From assembly GCA_050273025.1 (NCBI GenBank), contig CP158635.1, positions 22,134,001-22,198,000 on the forward strand: DNA of 64,000 bases. Reading direction: 5' to 3'. The stretch comes from Cenococcum geophilum. Lineage: Eukaryota. A program made the translations under genes and the position numbers. Shown here piece by piece: positions 42,850 to 55,843 of this stretch (positions are counted from its first letter, which is position 1; each line of letters starts with the position of its first letter). The notes under the pieces were generated by a model. That model did no database searches. It saw only the letters and a list, made by a program, of their open reading frames with translations, and was not told the DNA's origin.

Positions 42850-45800
42850 TATTACGGACGCTTTAAGTACAATGTTATAACTACTTAGAGAGGAGTTGGA
42901 AGAAGCTAGTTAGTTAATATAAGCACGGTCTAGGATGGAACCGGTAGAACTATATAACAAAGAATGGTAAGCGAGTTATATAATATACTATGTATTAAAC
43001 AAGAGAAATAAGAGGAACTTACGTACCTTATATATAATACGTATATTACGTATAAGAAGGATTTTATAGGGGTACGGTTGTGTATTTAAGGACCCTCGGT
43101 CCCTACCTAGATAGTTTCTTCCTTATAGTAATTCTTAGAATATAATTAGAGTTAATCTATTAGGCAACCACTCTACCAGTTATTATTATGTTATTAACTT
43201 ACTTATAATACCTACACACTTAGCCTATTAATAGGACCCACCGTAGTTTTTACTATAAGGTTCCGTTATATAATTACTACCTAGTTATAGTTTAATAAGT
43301 TAAATAATATGCCACTAAAAGCAGCCACCACGACGCTATTGATGGCGGCAACTACTTTAAGGTCAGGAGGAGACACCAGTATAGTAGATACTAACTCTTA
43401 ATAACCTATAACGGTTAGACAACTATAAGAGATAGTTAACTAGTTAATAAAAAATAATGCAATACTTAAACAAAGGATTAACGGGATAGGGGTAGTAAAG
43501 ATTAAGTTACCTTTAATTAAGAGATTCTTAGGAGAGATATTAAAGCTTAAAGGATTCCTTACGTAGATGCACTTTAAGGTTACGTAAGAAGGAGTAAAAC
43601 TGCTAACACCTATAGATTGAATAGCTTATGTAGGACTATTCCTATTAGGAAGGGCACTTAAATAGTTTAAGCCTTACCTTATAGAAGTATAGGTAAATGG
43701 AATAATAACTACTAACTAAGAGGTGCGGTTTATATTCTTAAGTTAGGAGGGGTTTACGGAGCGACTTATATAAATATTTGGAGATCTAGAGGTAGTAACT
43801 ATAGCGGAAAGAAAACTCTAAAATATTACGCAACAAACTTTAGTAATTAAGTATACTATATAATTCTAAACGCTAGCTATATAAGTTAAGTGGAATAATA
43901 AGGCGCTTATAGCACAGTACAAGCAGGGACTTAAGGCTAAAGTCTAGGACGTAATTATCCTAATAGAAGATGCAGATACTCTAAGGGATTTAATAGATTA
44001 AGCGATTAAGATTAATAATTAGATCTACTAAAGAGAGTAGGCTAAGAGAGGCTAGGATAAAGTTCTATAGTTATATAAGGCGTAAAGTATATAACGATTA
44101 AAGCTAAGTTAGAAACTATGGTATAACGCGGAGCTAATAGACCTAAGTAGTACTAAAGAAACCTATAAGAGATGGAGTAAGAAACTATAGAAACCTAAAG
44201 GTTAAGGATTTAGTAATTATAGGACTAAGGAGTAAAGGCTAAACTAGGGATCTTAGTAGTAGAAGACGTTTAGGCGGACTTTATAGCAAAGTTAGTAGTT
44301 TAGAGACGGAGCTTATATAAATTATAGGAAATAAGGTTACTTCGCGAGGGATTATAAAGATAGTTAGAGTTACTATATAATAAAGGGAACTAAACTAGTA
44401 GATAACACACACGTATAGAGGGATAATAGTGTACTAAGAGGAATAAAAGAATGTTTAATTAGAAGTTTTGTATTTTACTATAATAACGCATACCAAATTT
44501 ATAAAGACGCTAAGTATAGCGTAAGCTATTGGCTATAGGAGCTAAAGTTAAGAAAACTTAAAGGAACTAAAGAGTTAGATAAAGAATAAGATTAACTCTA
44601 TAAGCTGGATTAGGATATTATAGTAACGTGCGGATAATAATTAGTAATAATAATAATGGAGTCGGAGTACTTATTAATTAGCAGTAATAAGGATATTAGA
44701 GGAACTAACTAGGGGTATCTAAACCTTAATAACGTAATAATAGAAGCAGAGACTAAGACCGCTATAGAGCAAGGTTTAGTAACGGGTATTATAATACCGT
44801 TAAATACGGTATCCATTACTTTATAAGACGGAAGGAGCAATATTTAAAGAGGATTAAGTAAGTAGACGACTGCTAGTACTAGCTTACTACTTAATAAAGG
44901 CAAAAGGCCAAAGGCTTAAGATTCTTAAGACAAGATAAGAGAGATCTAAGATTCCGAAGATAGGATGAAAATAGCTTAAGGACCTATAATAAATGAAAAC
45001 TGATAAAGCAGAGCAGCAGCTTAGTTTAAAAAATATATAAATGAGCTTGGGATAGAGTTTCCTAAAAGTATAAGATTCTTAAGATAAGATAAGTGAGATT
45101 TAAGACTTTTAAACTAAGATAAGAACACTACGGACGCCTAGTTGGACTAAGGCGGGAGCTAAGCTTAAGTTAGAAGCAAGCTTAGAATTAAAAGTCTTAT
45201 AAAACTAAGATTTTAATACACGAATAAGGACTATCGATAAGATTAAGAAGTAAGAAAACTTTAAAGATCTACTTGTAAGACGCGAAAGGAAAGAAACCAT
45301 AGAGGAATTTAGAGCAAGAATTACCTTATGGCAAGAGCAGAAACTAAATAAGAGATTTAGTATATTAGGACGTATAAGGAACAAAACGCTAGTACGGAGA
45401 ATTACTAATAGGCTAAGAATAGGTATACTAAGAGCTAAGTGGCTTACTAAACTAAAACAAGAAGAGGATTTAGGGATTTTAACTAGGTTTAAAGAATGAT
45501 ATATAAAGGGCTGTTACAATACAGTAATAGAGAAATATTTCCTTACGGATACGCTATATATACTTAAGGGGTTATACTAAAAGTGGTATAGACAACGACA
45601 CAATAATAAGTGGGAAGATTTCTATATGTAGTTGGATAAGAAAGTTATCTAAGACTACCCGATTATAGAAAAGGCTATAACTTATATTAAAGGAGCCTTA
45701 ATTATAACATTAAAAGATCTAAAGGAGTAATTAGAGGACTAAAGAAGCGAGAGATAAATCTTAGTACCTATAAATAAAGTCGTAACGCTTAGATTAATAC

Positions 45801-48800
45801 AAGAAAGGTTTAAACTTAAGGATAAAACCGAGTTAAGAGTTAACCTAAAATACTAAGTATATTATACATTAGTATAGATTATATACGTGGATAATACGTA
45901 TAATATATATAGAGCACCTAAGGACAAAAACTAGAAGTATTTAGTAAGGATATATTAGGCACCAGACGAGGCAAAATATTAAAATGCTAAGTATATACAT
46001 AGTTAGCACCTAGTAGAAGTTTAAGAATAAGGGGACTTAATACTTTAACTAAGAAGATTCCTTACGGAAGAATGCCTAGATAGATAATAATAGTGGGAAT
46101 ATCCTAAGAATACATATCTATAGTATATTAAAGATAAAAAGCGAACTAAGTATTAGCCTAAGTTAGACTAAGTATAAGCAGGATTAAGTAGCTAATAGTT
46201 AGGAAAAGTAGAGGCTTATGGGACTAAAGGGAGCCAGTAATAGAGCCTTAGACCCTTAAGGGAATTTAAGGATAATACCTAAATTTACAAATTAAATGGC
46301 AAGATTAGTAGTTTAAGGCATTAATAGATAGTGGAGCAATAAGAAACTATATCTTACTAGCAGTAGTTAAAAGAATGGGGTTACCACATAGGAAAAAGGA
46401 GTATTTTTACCTATTAGTAACAATTTTAGGGGATCCGATAGCCTACGGAGGAGGTATTATTAACCTTAAAATAGGACCTATTTAGTTAACTATTAAAGGG
46501 AGATAAGTTAAGATGTCTTTTAATATATTACCATTAGGGAATAATAAGGTAGTATTAGAAATGCCTTAGTTACAGGAATATAATCTAAAGATTAATTGGA
46601 TTATAGGTTAGGTTAATATTAAAGATACTTAACAACACAAAATGCGATAATAAGCTAAGTTAGTATAGTACTAAGTAGGGGCGACCTATAAAGAAATAGA
46701 AAAAGGGCTAAGCTATATACTAAAGAGATACCATAAGTACGGCAAGAAACTATAGTTATTAAAAGGTGAAAAGCTATTAGAATATATAGTATAGGACTAT
46801 AAAATAGAATTAGAACTAGGAATAAGTCTAAGGTTCTTTTTAATCTACAAGCTTACTAAAGAAGAAGGTAGAGTACTAAAAGAGTTTATCCAAGAAAACT
46901 TATAAAAGGGATATATTAGACTATTATAATTATTAGCGGGTTATCTAGTACTATTTATACTAAAGAAGAACGGTAAACTAAGGCTATATATTAACTATAA
47001 ATAGTTAAACAGCATTACTAGAAAGGATAAGTATCCTTTACCCTTAATTAGCGAAATCTAGAATAGGATAGGCAACGTATAAATCTTTACGAAGATAGAT
47101 CTAAGATAGGCGTACTATTAAATTAGAATTAAGGAAGGCGATAAATAAAAGGCAGCCTTTAGGTTAAAGGAAGGACTATATAAACCATTAGTTATGCAAT
47201 TTAGGCTTATAAACACACTAGTAACGTTTTAAAAGCGAATTAATAATATATTAAAAGAATACTTAGATAAATTTATTATAGTATATCTTAACGATATTAT
47301 TATCTACTTAATAACTAAGGAAAAATATAGAGAATACATTAAATGGGTCTTAAGGAGACTATAAGAAGAACAGATGCTAGTAGTAATTAAGAAATATAAG
47401 TTCTTCACCAGGAAGACCAATTTTATAGGATTTATTATTAAATTAAGCTAACTTAGTATAGATCTAAAGAAGATCGAGGCTATAGTAAATTGGTAAGAAC
47501 TAGAGAACGTTATATAGTTAAGATCGTTCTTAGGGTTTTATAATTACTACGGAAGGTTTATAGCGTAATAGTTAAAGGATATTAAGCTATTTACGCGGTT
47601 AATAAAGAAAGAGAAACTATAGGTATGGGGAAAGAAATAATAAGAACTATTTAAGGAAGTTAAGAGGTTATTTACCTAGGAACTAGTTCTTAAAATCTAC
47701 TAACTAGGGCTAGAGATAGTTATAGAAATAGATGTATTAGACTTTATATTAGGGGTATACTTTATATAGAAACATTAAGATAAATAGCACCTAGTGGCAT
47801 ACTATAGTTGGAAGATAATACCACTAGAACTAAACTATAACATTTATAATAAGGAGTTATTAGGTATAGTTACAGCACTAAAGAAATAAAGAGTATTTTT
47901 ACAAGGTATAGAGAAACTATTTATAGTTAAAATAGATTATAAAAACCTAACGGGGTTCCTAATAATAAAAGAACTTAATTAAAGACAGGTTAGATAGGTA
48001 AAGATACTTATAGAATACTATTTTAAAATTTAGTATACTAAGGGTATAGACAATATATAAGCCAATATATTAAGTTAAAAGGCTAAACTATAAAATAACG
48101 AAAAGCTATTAGGGGCTTTACTGCGAAAAGATATAGATAGACTAATTAGGTATAATTATCTAAAAATTATAGCAACCTAAGAGGATAAGTTAGAAAGAGT
48201 TTACGAAATACTAAAGAGCCTTTAGGTATAAAGAATTCTAGAAGCATAACTAGAAGATCTATAGATGGATATATACAAAAACTAAGAAGTAAAGTACATT
48301 CTAAAAAGCATAGCAGAGTACTTTATAGAAGACTTTTATAAGGGACTAACTTAAGGACACAACAAAGCTATAGGCTTAGTGTTAAGACTTTAGGAGGAGT
48401 ATATTATTAACGGAATCTAGAGGATAGCTAGGAGGGTTACTAAGGAGTATTTAGATTGCTAAAGGAATAAACTAATAAGGTATAAGCTATACGGAGGGCT
48501 ATAACCTATTAAAATACTAGAGAGACTATAGGAGGTTATATTATAGGACTTTATTATAAAGTTGCTAAAGTTAAGAGACCCTATTACCAGATAAGATTAT
48601 AACGCGATTTTAATAATAGTGGATAAGCTTACAAAGTAGGGATACTTTATAGCATATATAAAAGAAATATCAGCAGAAGATATTACTAGAATCTATATTA
48701 AAGAAGTATTTATAAGATATAGAGTACTAAGTAAAATTATATTAGATAGAGATCTAAGATTTATAATAGCATTCTAGGAAGTATTCTTAGCGGAATAGGG

Positions 48801-50724
48801 AGTTAGAGCAGCAACTTCTACTGTATATTATCCGCAGACAGACAGGCAGATAGAAAGATTAAATTAGACACTAGAGCAGTATTTAAGGCATTATATTAAT
48901 TATGCACAGAATAATTAGGTATTATTATTACCAGTTATATAGTTTATATATAATATAACACTACAGGAAGGAATAGGTACTTTACTATTTAAGGCGAATT
49001 ATAGATATAAACTAAGGATATTATTATCGCCACGTTAAATAAAGAGGATAAGTACCACAGCTAAGTAAAGGATGGAGATATTAATAAATCTTTATAAGAA
49101 CCTTATAGAAACAGCTAAGGTAGTATAGCAAAGAATAAAAAAATACTACGATGCTAAGAGATCTAAGGGACTAGATCTTAAGGAGGGAGATAAAGTATGG
49201 TTACTATATAAAAACTTTAAAAGTTAACGACTAAGTAAGAAGTTAGACTATATCAGACTAGGACCTTTTAAAATTACGTAAAGAATTTCACTAGTTATAT
49301 TTAAGTTAAACCTACTAGCCAAAATAAAAATCTACCCTATATAGTATATTATAATGCTAGAGCTAGTATACGGGAATATTAAGCCATTAATCTATAAAGA
49401 AGACATATATAGAGGGTAAGAAGAGGATAAATAATAAGTTTTAAAGATTATTAGTTATAAGGATATAGACGACAAAATATAGTACGAAGTAAAGTAGATA
49501 GGCTATACTAAGACTACTTAGAAGCTACTAGAAAATTTAAAGAACGCTATAGAAAAGGTATAGGAGTATTGGAAGAAAATAGGTTAGGCAATATTAATAA
49601 GGAAGGATCGCTAAAAAATAAGTCACCTAAGGGGGACCTAGGAAGAGCGACTGCTAAACTACTTAGAGTTGTTTCCTTTATAGGAAGAGAGTTAGTTCTC
49701 TTGTTACCAAGTTCCTGTAGACCTTATTTTATAAGTTTCTACTCCTTAGAACGGACCTTTTTACGTACTTTCTTAAGATAAAGAAGCTAAGTAGACGCCG
49801 TGATGCGAGTATCTAGGGCCTTCTATTCTATATCTTAAGAATACTTAAGTTTAGTAAGGGCCTACACCAGGTCACTATTAAGCTTTATAGTAACGGTTTA
49901 AACACAAGACCCTATAATAAATTACTTAGGGAATTTAGAGACTACTAAGAGTTATAGGACGCGTATACTTAGCGTTAGAAGTAGAATAAACGTTATAAGA
50001 GGAATAAACGTTTGCTTTAGTATACTCTAAATAAAAGGATAGTTGTTAAGATAAAGGACTTGCTAGCGTAATATAAACTAACCCCTCTTTCGCACAGCAA
50101 GAACACAGAAATAGTATAACTTCGCTAAGTGATAATATAGTAGCAATAGTGCGGGCATAACGTTGCGCGTATAAAGAAGAAGATGCTTTAGGTATAATAA
50201 GTAATAATATTAACCAAATTAACTAAACGGATATTATACCTTTAGTAGACGACTTAGAGATACTTAGAATCTTTAAGGATAAAGATAAAGAGGAGGGAGA
50301 TAGTGTTACGGACGCTTTAAGTATAATATTATAACTACTTAGAGAGGAGTTAAAAGAAGCTAGTTAGTTAATATAAGTACGGTCTAGGATAGAACTGGTA
50401 GAACTATATAATAAAGAATGGTAAGCGAGTTATATAATATGCTATATATTAAACGAGAGGAATAAGAGGAACTTACGTACCTTATGTATAATACGTATAT
50501 TACGTATAAGAAGGATTTTATAGGGGTATGGTTGTGTATTTAAGGACCCTTGGTCCCTACCTAGATAGTTCCTTCCTTATAGTAATTTTTAAAATATAAT
50601 TAAAGTTAATCTGTTAGGCAACTACTCCACCAGTTATTATTACGTTGTTAACTTACTTATAATACCTATACACCTAGCCTATTAATAGAACCTACCGTAG
50701 TTCTTGCTATAAGGTTCCGTTATA
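42850..50724 (+). mobile_element. Gypsy chromovirus C, nested in the chromodomain of B
   Basis: 421-bp LTRs at 42850-43270 and 50304-50724; TSD TGTTA/TATTA; gag ATG ~43309; zinc knuckle ~44315-44355; protease ALIDSGA ~46318; RT YL(D)D 47284-47295; chromodomain ~49430-49560. Confidence 0.95.
49610..50195 (-). pseudogene. Antisense, probably intron-containing Cys-cluster/coiled-coil gene in the 3' region of element C
   Basis: De-RIP reading MPKASSSS...LSLGEVMPSPCSCCAKEGLVCVALASPSSRQPSFCSECTKANVHSSCDV, then a putative intron, then LDSDLVQALAELEHSQ...LLRLEKVREKVRSKEQKLMEQGLQEL. Confidence 0.65.
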
Positions 50725-53613
50725 TATTACCCTAATAAACTAGGACCCCTAAAGTACCTAGACAAGTGGATAGAGTGCTAGTATAGCGAAGATAATAGGC
50801 TACTAAAAGAATATAAAGATAAGAACGCCCTATAGGAGTAATACGGATATATAAAGCCTAAGGGCAGGCTTTACTAAAGGGGGGGGGTAATGTTACGGCA
50901 CTAGTAGAAAATAGTAGAACTTAGTTAGCAGAACCTAGCAGATCTTCGCACCGGCAAGTTACCACAGATTACCGTATATTGCGGTCACGTGACGTAAAGA
51001 TCTTATAAAACATCGAGCGGCGCTACTTTTCTTCTCCTTTCCTTTCCCTAGCTTTAGATTCTCGTTTATAGACAATCTAATCGTATAGGCTTGCGCGTCC
51101 CTCTTACCGTGCTCATGCCTCAATTAATTAAGTCACTAACACTAGACCTATTAAAGTAATAAGTGCCTATATAGGCTATAAGATTATTATTTTTAAGAAT
51201 ATAGTAGCTATTAGGGTTAATAGGAAACTAGAAGAACTAGAAGGAATTACTTATATATAAAGCGCCTTTATTAAAACTATATAAGCACCATCCACGTTAC
51301 CTTAAAGAGTTTTAATTTAGTCTGCATTTCCTTAATTAATAGCTAAGATTAAGTCCTAAACGAGCTTCTAAAACTTAATAAATTAGTTAAATAAGTATTT
51401 AGGGATTTATAGGACCAGTTAGTTAAATAAACTTAATATTTAACTAGAAAGGTATAATTTAGATTTAATAGAAACCGACCTAGCCGTAATATAGCGAACT
51501 ATCTCTAAAGTATTTATACTAGCGGAAATTAGAAATAAACTAGGCTATATTAAAACTGGCCGTAGTAGAGACAGAATAGACTATATTAAACTATTAGATC
51601 TCCTTATTCTGGAACTATTTAAGCTACTTTAGGAACTTAGAGAAACAATTATAGTAACTATTAGTTATTAGGGTCCATTTTAATTTATTATTATAGATTT
51701 AGGCATAACTCTCTCCTATTATTACTATACTGGGCTAAAGGATAATAGACTTAGGTAAGTAGGTCCTAGGTAAAAAGAAAAAAGAAACTAAAAATAGAGC
51801 AGACTATTGCTAATTAAAGTTAGTTAGATATTTTAGGACTATAAGGGTTAGAATTGTTAGTAGAGTTATTAGTAAGGACTAAAAGAGCTTATAAAGAGCT
51901 AGAGAGGAGTAAATTGGACTAAAAAGTAGGATAAAGCCCGAAAATAAGTTATTAAGATTAATAAGGAAGTAACTAAAGAGTTTAAAATTTTATATTCTGG
52001 AACTATTATATAAAATAGTGCTGAGCTACTAGTTCTTAGTCCCTTAGCTAAGAAAGCTTAATTTTTAAAGAGCTATATTAAGGATTTAGGGGTTAAAATC
52101 CGTAAGAAGGGGGGCTTTATTATAAACAGTAACAATCTAATAATAATCGGAGTAGAGGAGGACTTACCGCCTTATACGGAGCCTAAGTAAACCTAAGTTA
52201 AGATAATAAGGTATATCTAGTCCAAGCTATAAATAGAATTAGACCGATTAAAGGCTTTACCTTAATCTGGTAAAGTTATAACTAAACGGCGCTAGATAAA
52301 ACCACGAGTAGCTGCTCTAGTAGGGATATAGCTGTTTATAATGTGTTAAATACAGATAGTATCTTCTATTGACCAATCGTGCCGAGTTAAGCCTTTTTCT
52401 ACTATATTAACCTTAGAAACTCCTAATTCCCTTACAGTTAATATATAGAGTATAGGCTATTTCTACCTAATCTTTAATAAAGTTAATTATATTATAAAGA
52501 CCGTTAAAGGTAATATACTATTAATATTACTACGCGAACGCCTTATTTTACTAAAAAATACCTCTTAAAATATTATTATAAATCTTAGGTCTTTAACTAA
52601 TATAATTTTACTTAATACTTTATATCTTATAAATACTTCTTTAATATAGATTCTAGTAATATCTTCTACTAAGATTTCTTCTATATATGCTATAAAGTAG
52701 CTGTAAAAGTATATATATTAATCCCGCAAGAGTCGTAATAGATTTACGATTACTCTCTATTTTTTTTAGCCGTATAGCGACGTAGTGTGGGATATATTAT
52801 AATATATTATAAAGGTAAATAGGCTAACGTATATAATAGAGTTATAACGGCGATAGGCTTATAATGGTCAGCTACTACCGCCTTCCTAGTTAGGCTTATA
52901 AATACCAAAATACTGCCAAATGCTCTATTGTAGATAAAACACTAGTAAAAAGCATCGTACCGTATTACACTGTTACTAAGGTTTTATAAAGCCTTATTCT
53001 TATATAATAGAGGCTCTATATTAATTTTTTTTGGTGTTTTTAGTACTAACTGCTACTTAATTAACGTCGTAACGTCGCCTATTGTTATGCCTAAGCCCAA
53101 CCCACTCGGCCATATAAACTAAAAAGATAGCAGTAGTGTCTCGTGACTAGACGGGCTGCTAGTTGGAATGCCTTATAAGCTCTCTAGCCTATACCGCCGT
53201 ATAGTAGCGCAAGGTCGTAACACCTAGAGTAATATCCTTATCCATACCTAATACCTTATCGTTACTTAATTAACTTAGCTCATTATCTACTTTATTATCT
53301 ACTTCCTTATCTACCTATATAGCCTACTAAGAGGCCTTCTTTACCTTCTTTACAGTGTTTTATAGAGCCTTAAAGTAAGCTATAGCCTCTATAACTACTA
53401 TAAAGGAGTCCTCCTATTACTTTTATAGTATTGCTAAGGCTTCTGCTTTGGATTTTGTCTCCTCTACTACTTAAGCAGCTACCATATAAGCTTTTACGGT
53501 CTTCTTTCTCTTTACTATTGTGGTGGTGTAGATTGGGCGTCGCCTACTGTCTTGGCATTTTCCTATATTTATAGAGCCTTCGGCTTCCTTCCTTCTTCCC
53601 TCTATTATATATA

Positions 53614-55843
53614 TATCACGACCTTACCAGTTACCGGAAATACACTCTTTTCTTTCTTTCTTACTGACTGTTCTACTGACTGATTACGACCGACCGACCG
53701 ACCGACCGACCGACCGACCGACCGACAGACAGACAGACAGACGGCACTGTGACTTTCCTATCTTGGGGGGGTCCCTCCTACATATTTTATGGCATTCCAC
53801 GTGGGGACGACGGCAAGCTCTTTAGATTAGAAGTCTAGTGCTACATACACAGGAGACACGCAGAAACATACTACGACCACAGAAGAACCGCCAGCTGCAG
53901 AAGAACGACCAGCTGCGGAAGAACCGCCAGCCAGATAGACGAGACAGAAGAAGAAAACCAGGCAATATTGAACAAGTGGCAACAAGAAGTAAAGGACTAT
54001 GGGTCTATTGACCTAAATCGGATTTCTTTGCCACCTTGACTTGGTTACGGACTCAGTCATCCACGTAGTCACAGGAAGAGTAGGGTCTTGAATAGTTATG
54101 TGTAAGGACGTCGAGCGAACCAGCGAGCTAATTAGACAACTTTAACCGGGGTCGGAGTTACCGAGCTCTACTACCGAGCATGGCCAGACCTTTATTAAAG
54201 ATGTAGAGACGGGTGGCTAAAGGCTAATTAATTAGATGGAAACGAGATCTAAGACATCTGGCGGCGAAGGAAGTTAGTACTGCCCTTTACGAACAAAGGA
54301 CATAATACCGAGTAAGGTCGCAAGCACACGAGATTAGGTCTGTCCTTGAAAGCTTCCTATTCTGGCTTAGCTTTATCCTCTTTTGAGTCCTTTGGATTAT
54401 GTTAGCAGCAGCTTTAGAGGCGTTCCGTAAGGACGTAGAAGATATCCTACCGCGTAGAACGACGGCAGGCCGAAAGAGACGGACGTATCGAGACCCGGCA
54501 GTAGTAGAAGATGAAGATTCCGTGCTCTCTTAGGGAGACCCCCCCTCAGGCGTTAAGAAGCAGGTACCCTCCGTTAGAGACATGGCTGTATAAGTAGACC
54601 AGCCGCAGCATGCGCCTGTTAAGGTTCCGCTAGGATAGCCGACACCCCTACCTTAGGCAGCTATGCAAGCAGACCTACCGCAGCGTTCACCCGTGATACC
54701 TAGGACCAATAACCCTTAGTAGACGAAGGATGAGAGCCGTAAGGACCACATGCAAGCTCCCGAGGAAGCTCTAGATGTATCACCCAATGACTAGCAGTTG
54801 ACGACTTGAGACAGAATCTACTTTGTGACCCAGCCTATGCCAGCCCCAGGAACCGTTGGAACTCCGTACTTTATAGGACAGGACGTGTTACAGTTTATCG
54901 AGCAGTACGAACGACTATGCGCCCGACATTACGTCACGAGCAAGGAGAAGCACTAGGGCCTTCCGGAGTACTGCGATTACTGGATAGGGATGTGGATCCG
55001 AAGCCTGCCTGAATTTACAGCCGGCAATTGGACGGAGCTTGTAAGAAAGCTTAGGGCAGAATACTAAGGAAGTGACCATTTTCGACAGATAGAAACGGTA
55101 GAATTCTTAGAAGCCTATGTACGGCAGTATAGGGATAATCCGCCAAGCAGTATACGCGAGTACTGTAGGCAGTTTACACTGATCTCCTAAAGGGTCACGG
55201 AGGCAGGTAATCTAGGGAACGCTTAGCGAGGGTACTGGTTTGTAAAAGGACTTCCGCTTAAATATTAAAGATATGCTATGACCAAAACGGGAGCTAATCC
55301 CGATAGATAAGAGTCCTTTAACTTCTATTAGTTACAGAGAGCCGTAGAGGATAGGCTTAGTTTATATGAGGGCGCAGATCGTCTGCCGAAAATAGACCCC
55401 AAGGAGCAGAGCCTTCGTTAGCTAGTTGAACAATTCCGTAATTAACCGCCGGCTAGACTAGGTGTACACGGAGGAGCCCTAATGCAGCAGCAGTCACCCA
55501 CGGACTAGGCTACAGTTCAAAGCCCAGCACAAGGGTACGAAGACTGGCAGAACAGCACCCGAGCTCCCTTTGTCCTACAAGACTGTCGACCTCCGCAAGG
55601 CTCTCAATATCCGCAAGGTTCTCAATATCCGCAAGACTGTCGATATCCGCAAGATTCTACTGCCTTTAGACGGCCGCAGCGGGACGCACAGGGTCAGCAA
55701 GGTACGCGAGGACAAGGCCGACGGACCTGTTCTGGGTGTGGAGGAAGTCATTGTTTTACTGAGTTCGAATGCCAAGGCTTAAAGGATCTTATCCAGCAAG
55801 GACTTGTGCACCTGTCTGATTAGGGAAGACTAGTAGCGGGGAC
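53614..55843 (+). mobile_element. Truncated Ty3/Gypsy element D: LTR-like start plus gag pseudogene, only moderately RIPed
   Basis: TATCACG...CTGTGACT segment (53614-53754) containing (GACC)n(GACA)n; gag-like PAPGTVGTPYFTGQDVSQFIEQYERLC (~54840-54920) and knuckle-like CSGCGGSH...EC (~55730-55775); cut off by the insertions at 55844. Confidence 0.7.

Larger units (their letters stand above)
37268..51141 (+). mobile_element. Gypsy chromovirus B, nested in the 3' region of A
   Basis: LTRs at 37268-37519 and 50891-51141; TSD CTAGA; G-run PPT at ~50877-50887; gag from ~37746; RT YLDD relic 40473-40484; chromodomain ~42700-42845, resuming at 50730. Confidence 0.95.
30487..52436 (+). mobile_element. 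Gypsy chromovirus A (outermost of a triple nest), RIP-inactivated
   Basis: 319-bp LTRs at 30487-30805 and 52118-52436; TSD GTTAA; PPT AAGAAGGGGGG; zinc knuckle CYNCNQPGHIARNC ~32055; RT xLDD ~33295; integrase ~34600-35300; chromodomain KYQVRWKGYSPEDDTWEP ~35762-35815. Confidence 0.95.

Noticed and set aside
54806..55782. Short ORFs 54806-55012, 55570-55782 and 55575-55775
   Set aside because: They are alternative frames of the stop-interrupted gag of Gypsy element D.
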